Assembly: GCA_039189655.1 (NCBI GenBank)
Contig: JBCCYN010000002.1
Span: 8,572-72,571, forward strand
DNA: 64,000 bases
Direction: 5' to 3'
From: Pseudomonadota bacterium
GTDB lineage: Bacteria; Pseudomonadota; Alphaproteobacteria; Rhizobiales; Amorphaceae
The translations under genes were made by a program, and so were the position numbers. Shown one piece after another: positions 39,109-48,746 of this stretch (position 1 is its first letter; each line of letters begins with the position of its first letter). The notes under the pieces are model-generated. The model was not told the origin of the DNA. It saw only the letters and a program-made list of their open reading frames with translations, and did no database searches.

Positions 39109-40914
39109 ATGGCAAACCGAGCGAACGTCTTTGGTACCGGCAACCAACGCATTGACGGTGTTCTGTCCGGCAGCAAGTGGGATGGGCCCATCACGTATAC
39201 GTTCCCCAGCAGCGACTCTCAGTATCCGTTCGGCTACACCCAATCCAACCTAGTGGGGTTTGGGGAACTTTCTTACGCCCAGAAACTCGCCGCGAATTTT
39301 GCGCTCACCACAACCCAGTTCAACAAGTGGGCCGCTGCTGGAGGGTTCGCCGTTGAGGGATTTACGAACCTAAGCGTCGACCAGCGCGCCGCCGCCACAA
39401 GCCCCGACATCTTCCTCGCCAATTCGAGCGCGCCGGACACCGCCTTTGCCTATTTTCCGGCCAACCTCGCCGAGGGGGGCGACGTCTTCTTTGGCGATAG
39501 CGGCCGCGCTCCGCTGGCAGGAAACTACGACTGGCTGACGGTGCTCCATGAGCTTGGCCACTCCCTCGGGCTCGAGCACGGGCACGACAACGCGACCTTC
39601 GGCAACCTGCCCGCAAACGTGGATTCCATGGAATTCACGGTGATGACCTACCGCTCCTATATCGGCCACCCAGCGAACGCCTACAGCAACGAGCGGTTCG
39701 GCTACGCGCAGACCTATATGATGCTCGACATTGCCGCGTTGCAGCACATGCATGGCGCCGATTTCAGCAGCAATTCCGGCAACACCATATACAAGTGGTA
39801 TCCAAACCGCGGCGATACGTACGTCGACGGACGGCTCGCCATCGACGCGGGTGGCCACAAGATCTTCCTGACCATTTGGGACGGAAACGGCGTTGATACC
39901 TACGATTTGTCGGCCTACCGCGCCTCGGTCGACATCAACCTCGCGCCTGGCGGGCACTCGGTACTGGGGGAGGGGCAACTGGCCTACCTCGGCGGCGGTC
40001 CCAACAACGGGTACGCTCGGGGCAGCGTCTTCAACGCCATGCAGTTCAACGGCGACGCACGCTCGCTCATCGAGAACGCCACCGGTGGCTCTGGAAACGA
40101 CCGGCTGATCGGCAACTACGCGGACAACCGCCTGCAGGGGCTTTTGGGTGGTGACCGCATATTTGGTGTCAACGGAGACGACACGCTCATCGGCGGTGCC
40201 GGCAACGACATCATCTATGCAGGCCTCGGCAACGACCAAGTCTTCGGTGGGTCGGACCATGACTATATTTATGGCCAGAACGGCAACGACTATATCGCGG
40301 CGGGCGCTGGCCGAGATACCGTCATCGGTGGCTACGGCGATGACCGTATCGTCGGCGACAGCTCGGCGGCCGCCCGCATACCCGGCTACCTCTTCAACGA
40401 CGTTCTGATCGGCGGAACCGGGAACGACAGCATCTACGACGGCCGCGGCAATGACCGCGTGCAAGGCCAATCCGGCTACGACAGGCTCGACGGTGGTATT
40501 GGCAACGACACATTGCACGGCCAGTCCGGCAACGACATCATCACCGGTAGCCACGGCCATGACATCATCAATGGCGGTGACGGCCGGGATCGAATTATGG
40601 GAGGTGCTGGCACGGACACGCTTTTGGGCGGCGCCGGCGTTGACACCATCAGTAGCGAGGCGGGCAACGATGTCTTGCGCGGTGGCCCAAGTGCCGATGT
40701 CTTTGTCTATCGCAGAGGCTTCGATATCGACGTGATCTCTGACTACAACAACGACGTCCTCGACTTCACTTCCTTGGGGCTAAGCCAAGCCCAAATCCGA
40801 AACGTCGGTGTGCTTGAGAACGGCTATCTGAAGTTCAAGTTCGGCGGAGGCGATCAGCTTTGGATCCTCAACACCAGGCAGGGTGACATCGACAACGGCG
40901 ACATTCTGGTCTGA
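39109..40914 (+). CDS. serralysin-like M10 zinc metalloprotease with RTX Ca-binding repeats
   Basis: HELGHSLGLEH, Met-turn TVMTY, IENATGGSGND, many GGxGxD nonapeptides, no Sec signal. Confidence 0.92.
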   Translation: MANRANVFGTGNQRIDGVLSGSKWDGPITYTFPSSDSQYPFGYTQSNLVGFGELSYAQKLAANFALTTTQFNKWAAAGGFAVEGFTNLSVDQRAAATSPDIFLANSSAPDTAFAYFPANLAEGGDVFFGDSGRAPLAGNYDWLTVLHELGHSLGLEHGHDNATFGNLPANVDSMEFTVMTYRSYIGHPANAYSNERFGYAQTYMMLDIAALQHMHGADFSSNSGNTIYKWYPNRGDTYVDGRLAIDAGGHKIFLTIWDGNGVDTYDLSAYRASVDINLAPGGHSVLGEGQLAYLGGGPNNGYARGSVFNAMQFNGDARSLIENATGGSGNDRLIGNYADNRLQGLLGGDRIFGVNGDDTLIGGAGNDIIYAGLGNDQVFGGSDHDYIYGQNGNDYIAAGAGRDTVIGGYGDDRIVGDSSAAARIPGYLFNDVLIGGTGNDSIYDGRGNDRVQGQSGYDRLDGGIGNDTLHGQSGNDIITGSHGHDIINGGDGRDRIMGGAGTDTLLGGAGVDTISSEAGNDVLRGGPSADVFVYRRGFDIDVISDYNNDVLDFTSLGLSQAQIRNVGVLENGYLKFKFGGGDQLWILNTRQGDIDNGDILV

Positions 40915-40917
40915 CGG

Positions 40918-41724
40918 TCAGGGGGGCTTAGCCAAGAAATCCAAGAACGCATCCCAACCGGCATCGGGCGGAATGATGTGGCCGGCGTCCTCGACCACCA
41001 AGAACCGTTTCGGCATCGGGGCCGCATCGTAGAGCCGTTCTGCATCCCGAAGTGGCGCAAGACGATCCTCGGCGCCGTGCACCAGGAAGACCGGTGCGCG
41101 AACGGCACCGATCCGATCAACGGAGCGGAATGGGTCCCGCATCAGCTCGCGGACCGGCAAGAACGGATAGCTCCGCTTGGCAATATCATCGGCGGCGGAA
41201 ATGGCCGCCAGCAAGTAGAGCCCGCGGGCTTCCCGTTCCCCCGCCAATGCCACTGCCACCGCGCTCCCCAAAGAGTAGCCGGCGACGATGATGTCATCGG
41301 GCGAAATGCCGTCGTTCACCAGCGCATCGTAGGCGAGCTTGGCGTCGGCGATAATCGCCTGTTCTGACGGACGTCCCGTACTGCCCGGGTAGCCGCGGTA
41401 GGTCACGAACGAAGCGCCGAAGCCGAGGTTATGCCAGTGCTGCATGAGGTCGGCGAAATTAACGAGGCTGTCGGCGTTGCCGTGAAAGTAAAGGATGGTC
41501 GGCCTGCCTTCCGCCGCATCCATCCGCCAGGTCATGACTGTCTCGCCATCGGTGGTGGAGAGCGGCACTTCGCGGGCAAACGTCATGCCGAGGCGCTGCG
41601 GTGAGACGTAGTCCCGGGTCGGCGGTGCCGGAAACAGGAGCGCTCGCTGGGCGAGGTACAAGGCGATGAGGAGCGCGCCATACACCGCCACGGCGCTCAG
41701 GGCGACGATCAAAAGAGGCTTCAC
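40918..41724 (-). CDS. membrane-anchored alpha/beta hydrolase (ABHD13/BEM46-like)
   Basis: LYLAQRALLFP, ILYFHGNA, YRGYPGSTGRPSE, GYSLGS, HGAED, AGH. Confidence 0.85.
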   Translation of the reverse strand: MKPLLIVALSAVAVYGALLIALYLAQRALLFPAPPTRDYVSPQRLGMTFAREVPLSTTDGETVMTWRMDAAEGRPTILYFHGNADSLVNFADLMQHWHNLGFGASFVTYRGYPGSTGRPSEQAIIADAKLAYDALVNDGISPDDIIVAGYSLGSAVAVALAGEREARGLYLLAAISAADDIAKRSYPFLPVRELMRDPFRSVDRIGAVRAPVFLVHGAEDRLAPLRDAERLYDAAPMPKRFLVVEDAGHIIPPDAGWDAFLDFLAKPP

Positions 41725-41800
41725 GGTAAAACGACTCCGCGGATCGGTTTTACCCCTGGGCGTTTGGAATGCGGCGGTTGCCGGGCAAGCTTGTCGGAGA

Positions 41801-42946
41801 CTATCGCACGGACAAGGTAGCGCCGAGCGTATCCATCGCCTCACCGACGGTCGTGATGTCTTCCAGCGTTTTGATCGAGACCGGTTGCTCTGGCGCCGTT
41901 GTGATGGTTATCGCGTTACCCTGCCCCGACGCGAGCGCTGTCGCGGCAGTGCTCAGCATCCCCATGATTTCCGGGTCGCCGATATCGAGGAGCACTCCCG
42001 AGAGCAGTTCTGCAGACATCTGCCGAACAGCCGCCGGTGAGAGGCCGATTGTCCGCGCCGATTCTTGGACCACTAAGTCAATGGCGCCGTTGTCGATAAC
42101 GGTGATGGAACCCTCATCAAGTTTGACCCCCGCTAGACTCTCGGGAGTCGATACGCCGTCGGTAGGAAAGAGCCCGCTGGCGTTTTCGACGGTGAAACCA
42201 ACGATGTTTTGGCGCAGCGAAAGGTCGAGAAGGCCGGGTATCGACAATGTCAACGATGCAATATCGAGGACGCCGCCCTCTGCCTCCCAGTCGAATTCCA
42301 TGACGAGCATCCCTGGACCGAGATCCTTTTGAACCCGCGCTATTTCTGCGGCCGCCTCATCCGAGCTGGGCCATTTAAAGCTGATTCCAGTTGATCGGAA
42401 CTCTCCAGCTACGTGGGTGGTCGTCGCTGTGATTGTGGGTATCCAGGCAAGTTCTTCGAAGCCAAACCGGTACTCTCCCTCCTCGGCGAGAACGTTAAAA
42501 TAGATGTCGCTGTACAAGTAGCGACCGCCAGAAGCGATGGCCTCCGAGAGAGTTGCGTCCTGGGTGAATATCCCTGGAAGGAGTCGCTGGTCCTCATCTC
42601 CCATGGAGGCGATCTTGGTCGATGATCCGTCATCGTCCGTGAAGGTGTAGCCCGATGTCTTCAGCAGCGCCACGCGATAGATGCCGTCGATGTCGAGCTC
42701 CGGTTGATGGAGTTCGACAAGATCGATAGCCTCGCCCCCCTGCGATGCGGCACCTGGTACGGTCCGCGTGCGGATGTCTCGAACCGTAATGATGCCGCTG
42801 CGTTCATCGACCTCGCCGACGCTCGTAACGACTTGCCCATCGCTTTCAAGGGATCTCAGTAAGGCGTCCGCCGCATCGTTGCCCGTGGGCTCGAAGGCGA
42901 GCACGGGAGTCGCGAAGACGGCGAATAGGAATGCTAGGGCTCTCAT
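41801..42946 (-). CDS. exported hypothetical protein (AFEPTGN paralog 2)
   Basis: Signal peptide MRALAFLFAVFATPVLA, then FEPTGNDAADA; beta-rich and acidic. Confidence 0.75.
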   Translation of the reverse strand: MRALAFLFAVFATPVLAFEPTGNDAADALLRSLESDGQVVTSVGEVDERSGIITVRDIRTRTVPGAASQGGEAIDLVELHQPELDIDGIYRVALLKTSGYTFTDDDGSSTKIASMGDEDQRLLPGIFTQDATLSEAIASGGRYLYSDIYFNVLAEEGEYRFGFEELAWIPTITATTTHVAGEFRSTGISFKWPSSDEAAAEIARVQKDLGPGMLVMEFDWEAEGGVLDIASLTLSIPGLLDLSLRQNIVGFTVENASGLFPTDGVSTPESLAGVKLDEGSITVIDNGAIDLVVQESARTIGLSPAAVRQMSAELLSGVLLDIGDPEIMGMLSTAATALASGQGNAITITTAPEQPVSIKTLEDITTVGEAMDTLGATLSVR

Positions 42947-43205
42947 GGTCCATACCCTTGAAACTTCTTGGTGCCATGCGTCAGAAATTGCCAGAATATC
43001 AGTATGGCAATGGCTAAGTCGATGCCAGGGCTGTGACGTCAATGGCGGGTCCGTTCAGCAAGGCGAAAACCGCGATAGACAAGATGAAAGGGCGCCTGCG
43101 ATGGCGCCCTTCGCACAAGGTCTTCCAAGCCGTTTGTAGGTCGACGGCGAGGATCTATAGCGCGTTTCAGCAACAGGGAATCATGTTGCGACTCGAACCG
43201 CGTGG

Positions 43206-43260
43206 AAAGACAAGAACTTGGAGCAGGTCATGCGATCGCATGACCGTGTGACCTGCTCTA
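43206..43260 (-). repeat. 55-bp palindromic REP/MITE-like element, copy 2 (inverted)
   Basis: Reverse complement matches copy 1 at 52/55 positions; its first TAG is the stop of the 43258..44448 gene. Confidence 0.85.
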
Positions 43261-44448
43261 GTTGGGAGTACTCTCCACTGAGAGGCCAAGCTTTTGGGGA
43301 AGCTCATCAATGGTTGCCGGGCCTATTTCGTCAAACTCTTTGAACAAGAGGGGCTCCGGCGGATTGGCATTCAACGTCATGGTCGATCCACCGCGCATAA
43401 GGGCCCCCAGCGCGGCGACAAACTGTGTCCGGAACTCGGCGTCAGGATACGCCATCAAAGCCCCGGCCACGCCGTTCGTGGCGAGGGCGATGAACGCATC
43501 CGGAGCAAGGCCCGAACTCTCCGCACCCATGGCCACCAGATCCTGCGCGACACCATCGTCGCGGACGGACAACGTCAAGGCCGCAATCCCCAGGGCCCCC
43601 CACTCCTCAGGTTGAGATTGGGGCGATCCTGGCGGCGGAAAGACTATTTTGACCGCCTCTCGTGTCAGTCCCAGTAGGCGTGTGGACAGTTTTATGCCAC
43701 CGAGGCTGGGGGCGGTGATCTCGAAGGCGCCGATTTCGGTTTCGCCATTCTCCGGGTTCCAGCGCCCATCAATAAAAACTGCCATGGGATGGTCTTCGAG
43801 AGCTATTCGCGGCGGGGGAGAACCGGCGGCTTGCGCAAGCTTCGTCGCATCGACGCGCAGGCCTTCCACTGCCATTGCCTGCTGCAATGCCGGTTCAAGG
43901 ATGAAATTTTCCACCGCTACGGTGTCCGCGGTGGCATAGGTCTCGCCGTTGTGGCTCACGGCCATACCGAAGGCAGTCGACCGGCCGTAACTGCGTAGGT
44001 TCTTTTCCCAATCAGCACCGGCGCCCCATGCACCATCGATGAGGCGCACATCGCGAGTCTGTGAACTGGCAAAGTCGATCCGCAGACCCGGTACCATGCC
44101 AGCCCATGTGACGGCGCCAGTGTCAACGCGTTCTGCGACAAGGGTATCGCCGTCGAGCGTCGGCTTGGAGATCACGACGTCACGCGCTGTAATTTCGAGT
44201 ATCGACTGCGCGGTGTCCTGTATCGTCTCCGAAATACTCACGGTGAAGGATTCGATGGTGACATCACCGCCGTCCTCACCGACTCCAGAGACGCTATCTA
44301 CCGCCGTTCCGGGCCCAACGTAGCCACGCAGATATGCGTCGGCGATGGCGTTTCCTGTGGGCTCGAAGGCGGTGGCGGGGAGAGACCAGGCGATTAGGGC
44401 GGCAAGGGCCGCCACCGCGGTGCGAGCCCGCGGCGCAAAAAGGGCCAT
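43258..44448 (-). CDS. exported hypothetical protein (AFEPTGN paralog 1)
   Basis: Signal peptide ending LPATA, then FEPTGNAIADA; C-terminal region aligns by eye with paralog 2; AGGAG RBS overlaps the sdhA stop. Confidence 0.75.
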   Translation of the reverse strand: MALFAPRARTAVAALAALIAWSLPATAFEPTGNAIADAYLRGYVGPGTAVDSVSGVGEDGGDVTIESFTVSISETIQDTAQSILEITARDVVISKPTLDGDTLVAERVDTGAVTWAGMVPGLRIDFASSQTRDVRLIDGAWGAGADWEKNLRSYGRSTAFGMAVSHNGETYATADTVAVENFILEPALQQAMAVEGLRVDATKLAQAAGSPPPRIALEDHPMAVFIDGRWNPENGETEIGAFEITAPSLGGIKLSTRLLGLTREAVKIVFPPPGSPQSQPEEWGALGIAALTLSVRDDGVAQDLVAMGAESSGLAPDAFIALATNGVAGALMAYPDAEFRTQFVAALGALMRGGSTMTLNANPPEPLLFKEFDEIGPATIDELPQKLGLSVESTPN

Positions 44449-44464
44449 GGCGGTCTGAACTCCT

Positions 44465-46306
44465 TCAGTAAACGCGTTTGGCAGGCTTTATGTATTCAAT
44501 CTCGTTGGAAAGTGTATAGGTGTGCACCGGGCGGTCCTCGATGCGCACTTTGAAGCCTTCGTCCAGGTACGCCAGGGTGTGCTTCATCCATTCAGCGTCG
44601 TCGCGATCGGGATAGTCCTCCCGGGCATGGGCCCCGCGGGATTCGGGACGGTTGAGCGCGGAATCCATCGTCACCACCGCCTGACCGATCAGATTGTCGA
44701 ACTCCAGTGTTTCGATGAGATCGGTGTTCCAAATCATCGTCTTGTCGACGACACTGATATCGGAAAGGCCGCTTGCCACGGTGTGGATGAGTTCGTGACC
44801 CTCCTCCAGGACCTCGCCGGTACGGAAGACGGCGCAATTGGACTGCATGGTGCGCTGCATGCGGTCGCGCAGTTCTGCCGTGGGCGTGCCACCGCTGGCG
44901 TGACGGAAGTGGTCGAGCCGGGATAGGGCGGGTTCATCGGCGTCCGGGGGCATGGGCGGCAGCGCGTCGCCGGGCACCACGGTGTCAGCACAACGCAGGG
45001 CCGTCGCCCGGCCAAACACCACCAGATCGATCAAGGAATTGGACCCCAGCCGGTTGGCGCCATGGACCGAAACGCACGCGGCCTCGCCAACGGCCATGAG
45101 GCCGGGGACGACCCGGTCGGGGTCGCCATCCACCTTGGTCAGGACTTCGCCGTGGAAGTTGGTGGGGATGCCTCCCATGTTGTAGTGCACCGTCGGAAGC
45201 ACCGGGATGGGCTCGCGGGTCACGTCCACGCCGGCAAAAATCCGGGCCGATTCGGAAATCCCCGGAAGTCGCTCGTGCAGCAGTGCCGGATCGAGGTGTT
45301 CCAGGTGAAGGTGGATGTGATCGGCGTGCTTGCCCACACCGCGCCCTTCGCGGATCTCAACGGTCATGGATCGCGATACCACGTCGCGGGAGGCAAGGTC
45401 CTTGGCCGACGGCGCGTACCGCTCCATGAAGCGTTCGCCATCGGAATTGGTCAGGTAGCCGCCTTCGCCCCGCGAGCCTTCGGTGATCATACAGCCCGCG
45501 CCATAAATCCCGGTCGGGTGAAATTGCACGAACTCCATGTCCTGGAGCGGAAGGCCGGCGCGCAAAACCATCGCATTGCCGTCGCCGGTGCAGGTGTGCG
45601 CGCTGGTGCATGAGAAGTAGGCGCGGCCATAGCCCCCGGTGGCCAGCACCGTTTTGTGGGCGCGGAAGCGATGGATGGTGCCGTCATCTAGGCACATGGC
45701 CATCACGCCCAGGCACGCCCCCTCGTCCATGATGAGGTCGAGGGCGAAATACTCTATGTAAAACTCGGCGGAATGGCGCAACGACTGGCCGTAGAGGGTG
45801 TGCAGGATCGCGTGGCCCGTTCGGTCGGCGGCGGCACAGGTGCGCTGGGCAGTGCCTTTGCCAAAATTGGTGGTCATCCCGCCGAAAGGCCGTTGATAAA
45901 TTTTTCCGTCCTCAGTGCGTGAGAACGGAACGCCCCAGTGTTCCAGCTCGTAGACTGCCTTGGGTGCATGGCGGCACAGATACTCGATGGCGTCCTGGTC
46001 GCCCAGCCAGTCGGACCCCTTCACGGTGTCGTACATGTGCCAGCGCCAATCGTCCTGGCCCATGTTGCCTAGCGCGGCGGAAATACCACCTTGCGCCGCC
46101 ACCGTGTGCGAGCGGGTGGGAAACACTTTTGTGATGCAGGCGGTGTGCAATCCCGCCTCAGCGCAGCCCACCACTGCCCGAAGCCCGGAGCCGCCGGCGC
46201 CCACGACGACCACGTCGTACTCGTGGTCGATGACCTTGTAGGCCTCTCGGCCGCTGCCGTTGAGCGCCTGGCCGTTGCCGGTGCCGCTGCCGTTCTGCGC
46301 CATCAT
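44465..46306 (-). CDS. sdhA: succinate dehydrogenase flavoprotein subunit
   Basis: [57 protein letters not shown]; true start near 46303-46306, not 46816. Confidence 0.97.
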   Translation of the reverse strand: MMAQNGSGTGNGQALNGSGREAYKVIDHEYDVVVVGAGGSGLRAVVGCAEAGLHTACITKVFPTRSHTVAAQGGISAALGNMGQDDWRWHMYDTVKGSDWLGDQDAIEYLCRHAPKAVYELEHWGVPFSRTEDGKIYQRPFGGMTTNFGKGTAQRTCAAADRTGHAILHTLYGQSLRHSAEFYIEYFALDLIMDEGACLGVMAMCLDDGTIHRFRAHKTVLATGGYGRAYFSCTSAHTCTGDGNAMVLRAGLPLQDMEFVQFHPTGIYGAGCMITEGSRGEGGYLTNSDGERFMERYAPSAKDLASRDVVSRSMTVEIREGRGVGKHADHIHLHLEHLDPALLHERLPGISESARIFAGVDVTREPIPVLPTVHYNMGGIPTNFHGEVLTKVDGDPDRVVPGLMAVGEAACVSVHGANRLGSNSLIDLVVFGRATALRCADTVVPGDALPPMPPDADEPALSRLDHFRHASGGTPTAELRDRMQRTMQSNCAVFRTGEVLEEGHELIHTVASGLSDISVVDKTMIWNTDLIETLEFDNLIGQAVVTMDSALNRPESRGAHAREDYPDRDDAEWMKHTLAYLDEGFKVRIEDRPVHTYTLSNEIEYIKPAKRVY

Positions 46307-46737
46307 TGAACTCCTGGTGTGCCGTCCACTGCCAGAGATACCAGCATGATCTTTACGATTGCGAAGACCGCTGCCGCGGAAATGAAGACGGCAAAAAACG
46401 TATTGGCGACGACGAGGAGGACTTTGGTGCCCTCCGCATGGATGTAGTCTTCGATCACCACCTGAATGCCCAGTTTCATATGGACCGCTGTGGAAACAAC
46501 GGCGAGGGCAAGGGGGACCGCAACCCATGGGCTGCCCACGAACGCGAGCGCCTCGGCGTAGGATTTGCCCGATAACATTATGGCGATGACCGCAAGGACG
46601 AACACAAGAACGCCATTTGCGAGGCCGGTCACCCGTTGCTGGATAAAGTGCTCCGTGCCCGATCGGGCTGTGCCGAGCCCGCGGACCGTTTTTAGGGCCG
46701 TGCGCTGCCCGCGGTGTCCCGTGCCGTCGTTTTCCAC
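46303..46737 (-). CDS. sdhD: succinate dehydrogenase membrane anchor
   Basis: [32 protein letters not shown]. Confidence 0.93.
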   Translation of the reverse strand: MENDGTGHRGQRTALKTVRGLGTARSGTEHFIQQRVTGLANGVLVFVLAVIAIMLSGKSYAEALAFVGSPWVAVPLALAVVSTAVHMKLGIQVVIEDYIHAEGTKVLLVVANTFFAVFISAAAVFAIVKIMLVSLAVDGTPGVQ

Positions 46738-46748
46738 CGGGCGGCGCC

Positions 46749-47162
46749 TCATTTGAACGCCTCCACGACGACGACGAGAACCCATAAAATGGCGGTGGCA
46801 GCAAGGGATCCGCCAAGGGTCGCCCAGCTCATTTTGTAGCGGACGTCGCCAAATCCGCGCCCGGCATCCCACACGGCGTGGCGGATGCCGCCGAACATGT
46901 GGTGAAACAGCGACCATGTGAATGCCACGAGAATAATGCGCCCGATCCATGAGCCGTAGATGGCGTTGGCAAGGGCGAACATTTCCGGACCCAAGGCGAG
47001 GGCAGTGACGTAGCCCACCACCAGCACTAGCCCTGCAATGTTCATGATCCCAGTCATGCGGTGCATGATGGACATGACCATCGTGATGATGGGGCGGTAG
47101 ATGGAAAGGTGCGGCGAGAGCGGCCTTGGCCTGCGGCTTGCCTCAAAGTCAGCGGTTGCCAT
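46749..47162 (-). CDS. sdhC: succinate dehydrogenase cytochrome b556 subunit
   Basis: [30 protein letters not shown]. Confidence 0.95.
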   Translation of the reverse strand: MATADFEASRRPRPLSPHLSIYRPIITMVMSIMHRMTGIMNIAGLVLVVGYVTALALGPEMFALANAIYGSWIGRIILVAFTWSLFHHMFGGIRHAVWDAGRGFGDVRYKMSWATLGGSLAATAILWVLVVVVEAFK

Positions 47163-47173
47163 GGTGATGTCCG

Positions 47174-47314
47174 TTACGCGGCCGAGACGGGGCCGATTTC
47201 CTTTAAATAGCGGCTGGCGAGGGCGCTCTCGTTATTGAGGTACAATGGTATCATCCCAAAGAGAATTGCCGCAACTGCGAGAAAAAGCAGCGCCCGAATA
47301 AACATTCGCCCCAT
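47174..47314 (-). CDS. possible 46-aa single-TM protein upstream of sdhC
   Basis: MGRMFIRALLFLAVAAILFGMIPLYLNNESALASRYLKEIGPVSAA; stop lies 11 nt before the sdhC ATG. Confidence 0.35.
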   Translation of the reverse strand: MGRMFIRALLFLAVAAILFGMIPLYLNNESALASRYLKEIGPVSAA

Positions 47315-47688
47315 ATTCAAGATTTCGTGCTGGGTTCTCGATGAGGCCTGGGATGGCGCGCTGTCCATCGAGATCAGGCAGGCTGCCGATACTTTTCACC
47401 GCTAAGCACTGGCCGGTTACATACTTCTTCATGGGCGACGCAGACCCTATCGGTGTCGCGTGATCGGCGGTGATTTCGCCAAAAACCCTTTGCTTTTTTT
47501 CAATGTACACTTTCCAGCCTGGCCCTTTCCCGCCGGTCGCGAGGTCGTTTTGGATGCCAACCCCCCTTTAACCATGGCTAGATTGCGCCGGGAGTGTCGC
47601 CGAGCCTGATTGAGGTTCTTTGCGAGCGCGAACGGGCAATCTTCGCGCTCTGCCTTGATCTTGGGTCGTTTTGCGGCGCGGCGCCCGC

Positions 47689-48702
47689 TTAACCGTCAGG
47701 TATCGCGGTTACGGTAAAGCCGGCCTCGCGAAGGAGTTCCACAAGACCCTCTTTGCCCACCAAATGGAGCGCACCAACGGCGATGACGGCGCCGCCCCGC
47801 TCAAGGTAGGGCATGGCTCGCTCCAGCATCCGGCGATTGCGCTTGACAACAAGGTCATCCCAGATCTCGGCAGCGAGCTGGTTGCGCTCGGCTTCGCCAA
47901 TGACATCGTCGACCTTGTTCATGGCGAGGGTCCAAATCGCCGCGACCTCGCCGCCCCGGTAGAGTGCCCGCAGGACGTGAAGCATATCGGCAGACGCGTC
48001 AGCATAGGGCAGAAAAGCTCGCAAGAGCCGGTCGCCCTTGGAATCATCGTCGCCCAGCAGAGCTTCAAACTGCTCGTCGATGGTTTCTAGAGCATAGGCG
48101 GGAATGTCGCGCTCGCGAGCCAGGTACTCGATCCGCACATCAAGGCCCGGAATAGGTGGCCACGCATTGCTGACACACGGGGGCAAGGACAAGAGTGCAG
48201 CGATGAACCCTGGCCGGAGAAGCTCTGCTTCGTCGAGGGTGAGGTTGAACTCAGCGAGGATTTTGCGGGCGCGATCACGTTCCCCGGCATCCATCTGGTC
48301 GGTGAATTTCCGACCGTCCTTGCGCAAGATCCGCGAGGGATTGAGGGCCATCTCGCCGATGGAGATTTGTACTGTCTTTTCATCGAGTTCCAGGAGTACA
48401 GCGCTCGCGCCATCCACCATCTCTTCGATGAGGGGGCCCGGCTCGCCGAGGCCCGCACCGCCCAAATGGAAGGTGCCTACCAGGTAGGACGGCGGCTCGG
48501 TGTCGATGCGGTAGAGCCGGCCGGAGGCGTTGGCAAAGTTTTGTCGCGCCTCGCTCCTGGCTTCACGCACGTCCGGTGCAGCCAAAAGTGCCGCATCGGG
48601 CGCGGGCGCCGGGCCGCATTCATCGGCCCTTGCCGGAGCCGCTGCCGCGAGCCAGAGGCCGATGGCCATGAATGAAAGCGCACAGACACCGGCGCGGAAC
48701 AT
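47689..48702 (-). CDS. TraB/GumN-family exported protein
   Basis: Signal peptide, SYLVGTFHL, LET.DEQ, V.KRNRRM, AVGALHLVGKEGLVELLREAG. Confidence 0.9.
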   Translation of the reverse strand: MFRAGVCALSFMAIGLWLAAAAPARADECGPAPAPDAALLAAPDVREARSEARQNFANASGRLYRIDTEPPSYLVGTFHLGGAGLGEPGPLIEEMVDGASAVLLELDEKTVQISIGEMALNPSRILRKDGRKFTDQMDAGERDRARKILAEFNLTLDEAELLRPGFIAALLSLPPCVSNAWPPIPGLDVRIEYLARERDIPAYALETIDEQFEALLGDDDSKGDRLLRAFLPYADASADMLHVLRALYRGGEVAAIWTLAMNKVDDVIGEAERNQLAAEIWDDLVVKRNRRMLERAMPYLERGGAVIAVGALHLVGKEGLVELLREAGFTVTAIPDG

Positions 48703-48746
48703 AAAGGCAGGCCTCCGAATGAATGCCGGTCCGGCGGCGCAGCCCG

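Noticed and set aside
39109-40914. Periodic GGCAACGAC repeats as a CRISPR or tandem DNA repeat
   Set aside because: They encode the RTX GGxGxD nonapeptides of the protease; no spacer structure or cas genes
46307-46816. N-terminal extension making SdhA 783 aa
   Set aside because: Overlaps sdhD and sdhC; SdhA homology starts near 46306
47568-47575. TTAACCAT CtrA half-site upstream of the sdh operon
   Set aside because: Isolated half-site about 400 nt from sdhC; not distinguishable from chance
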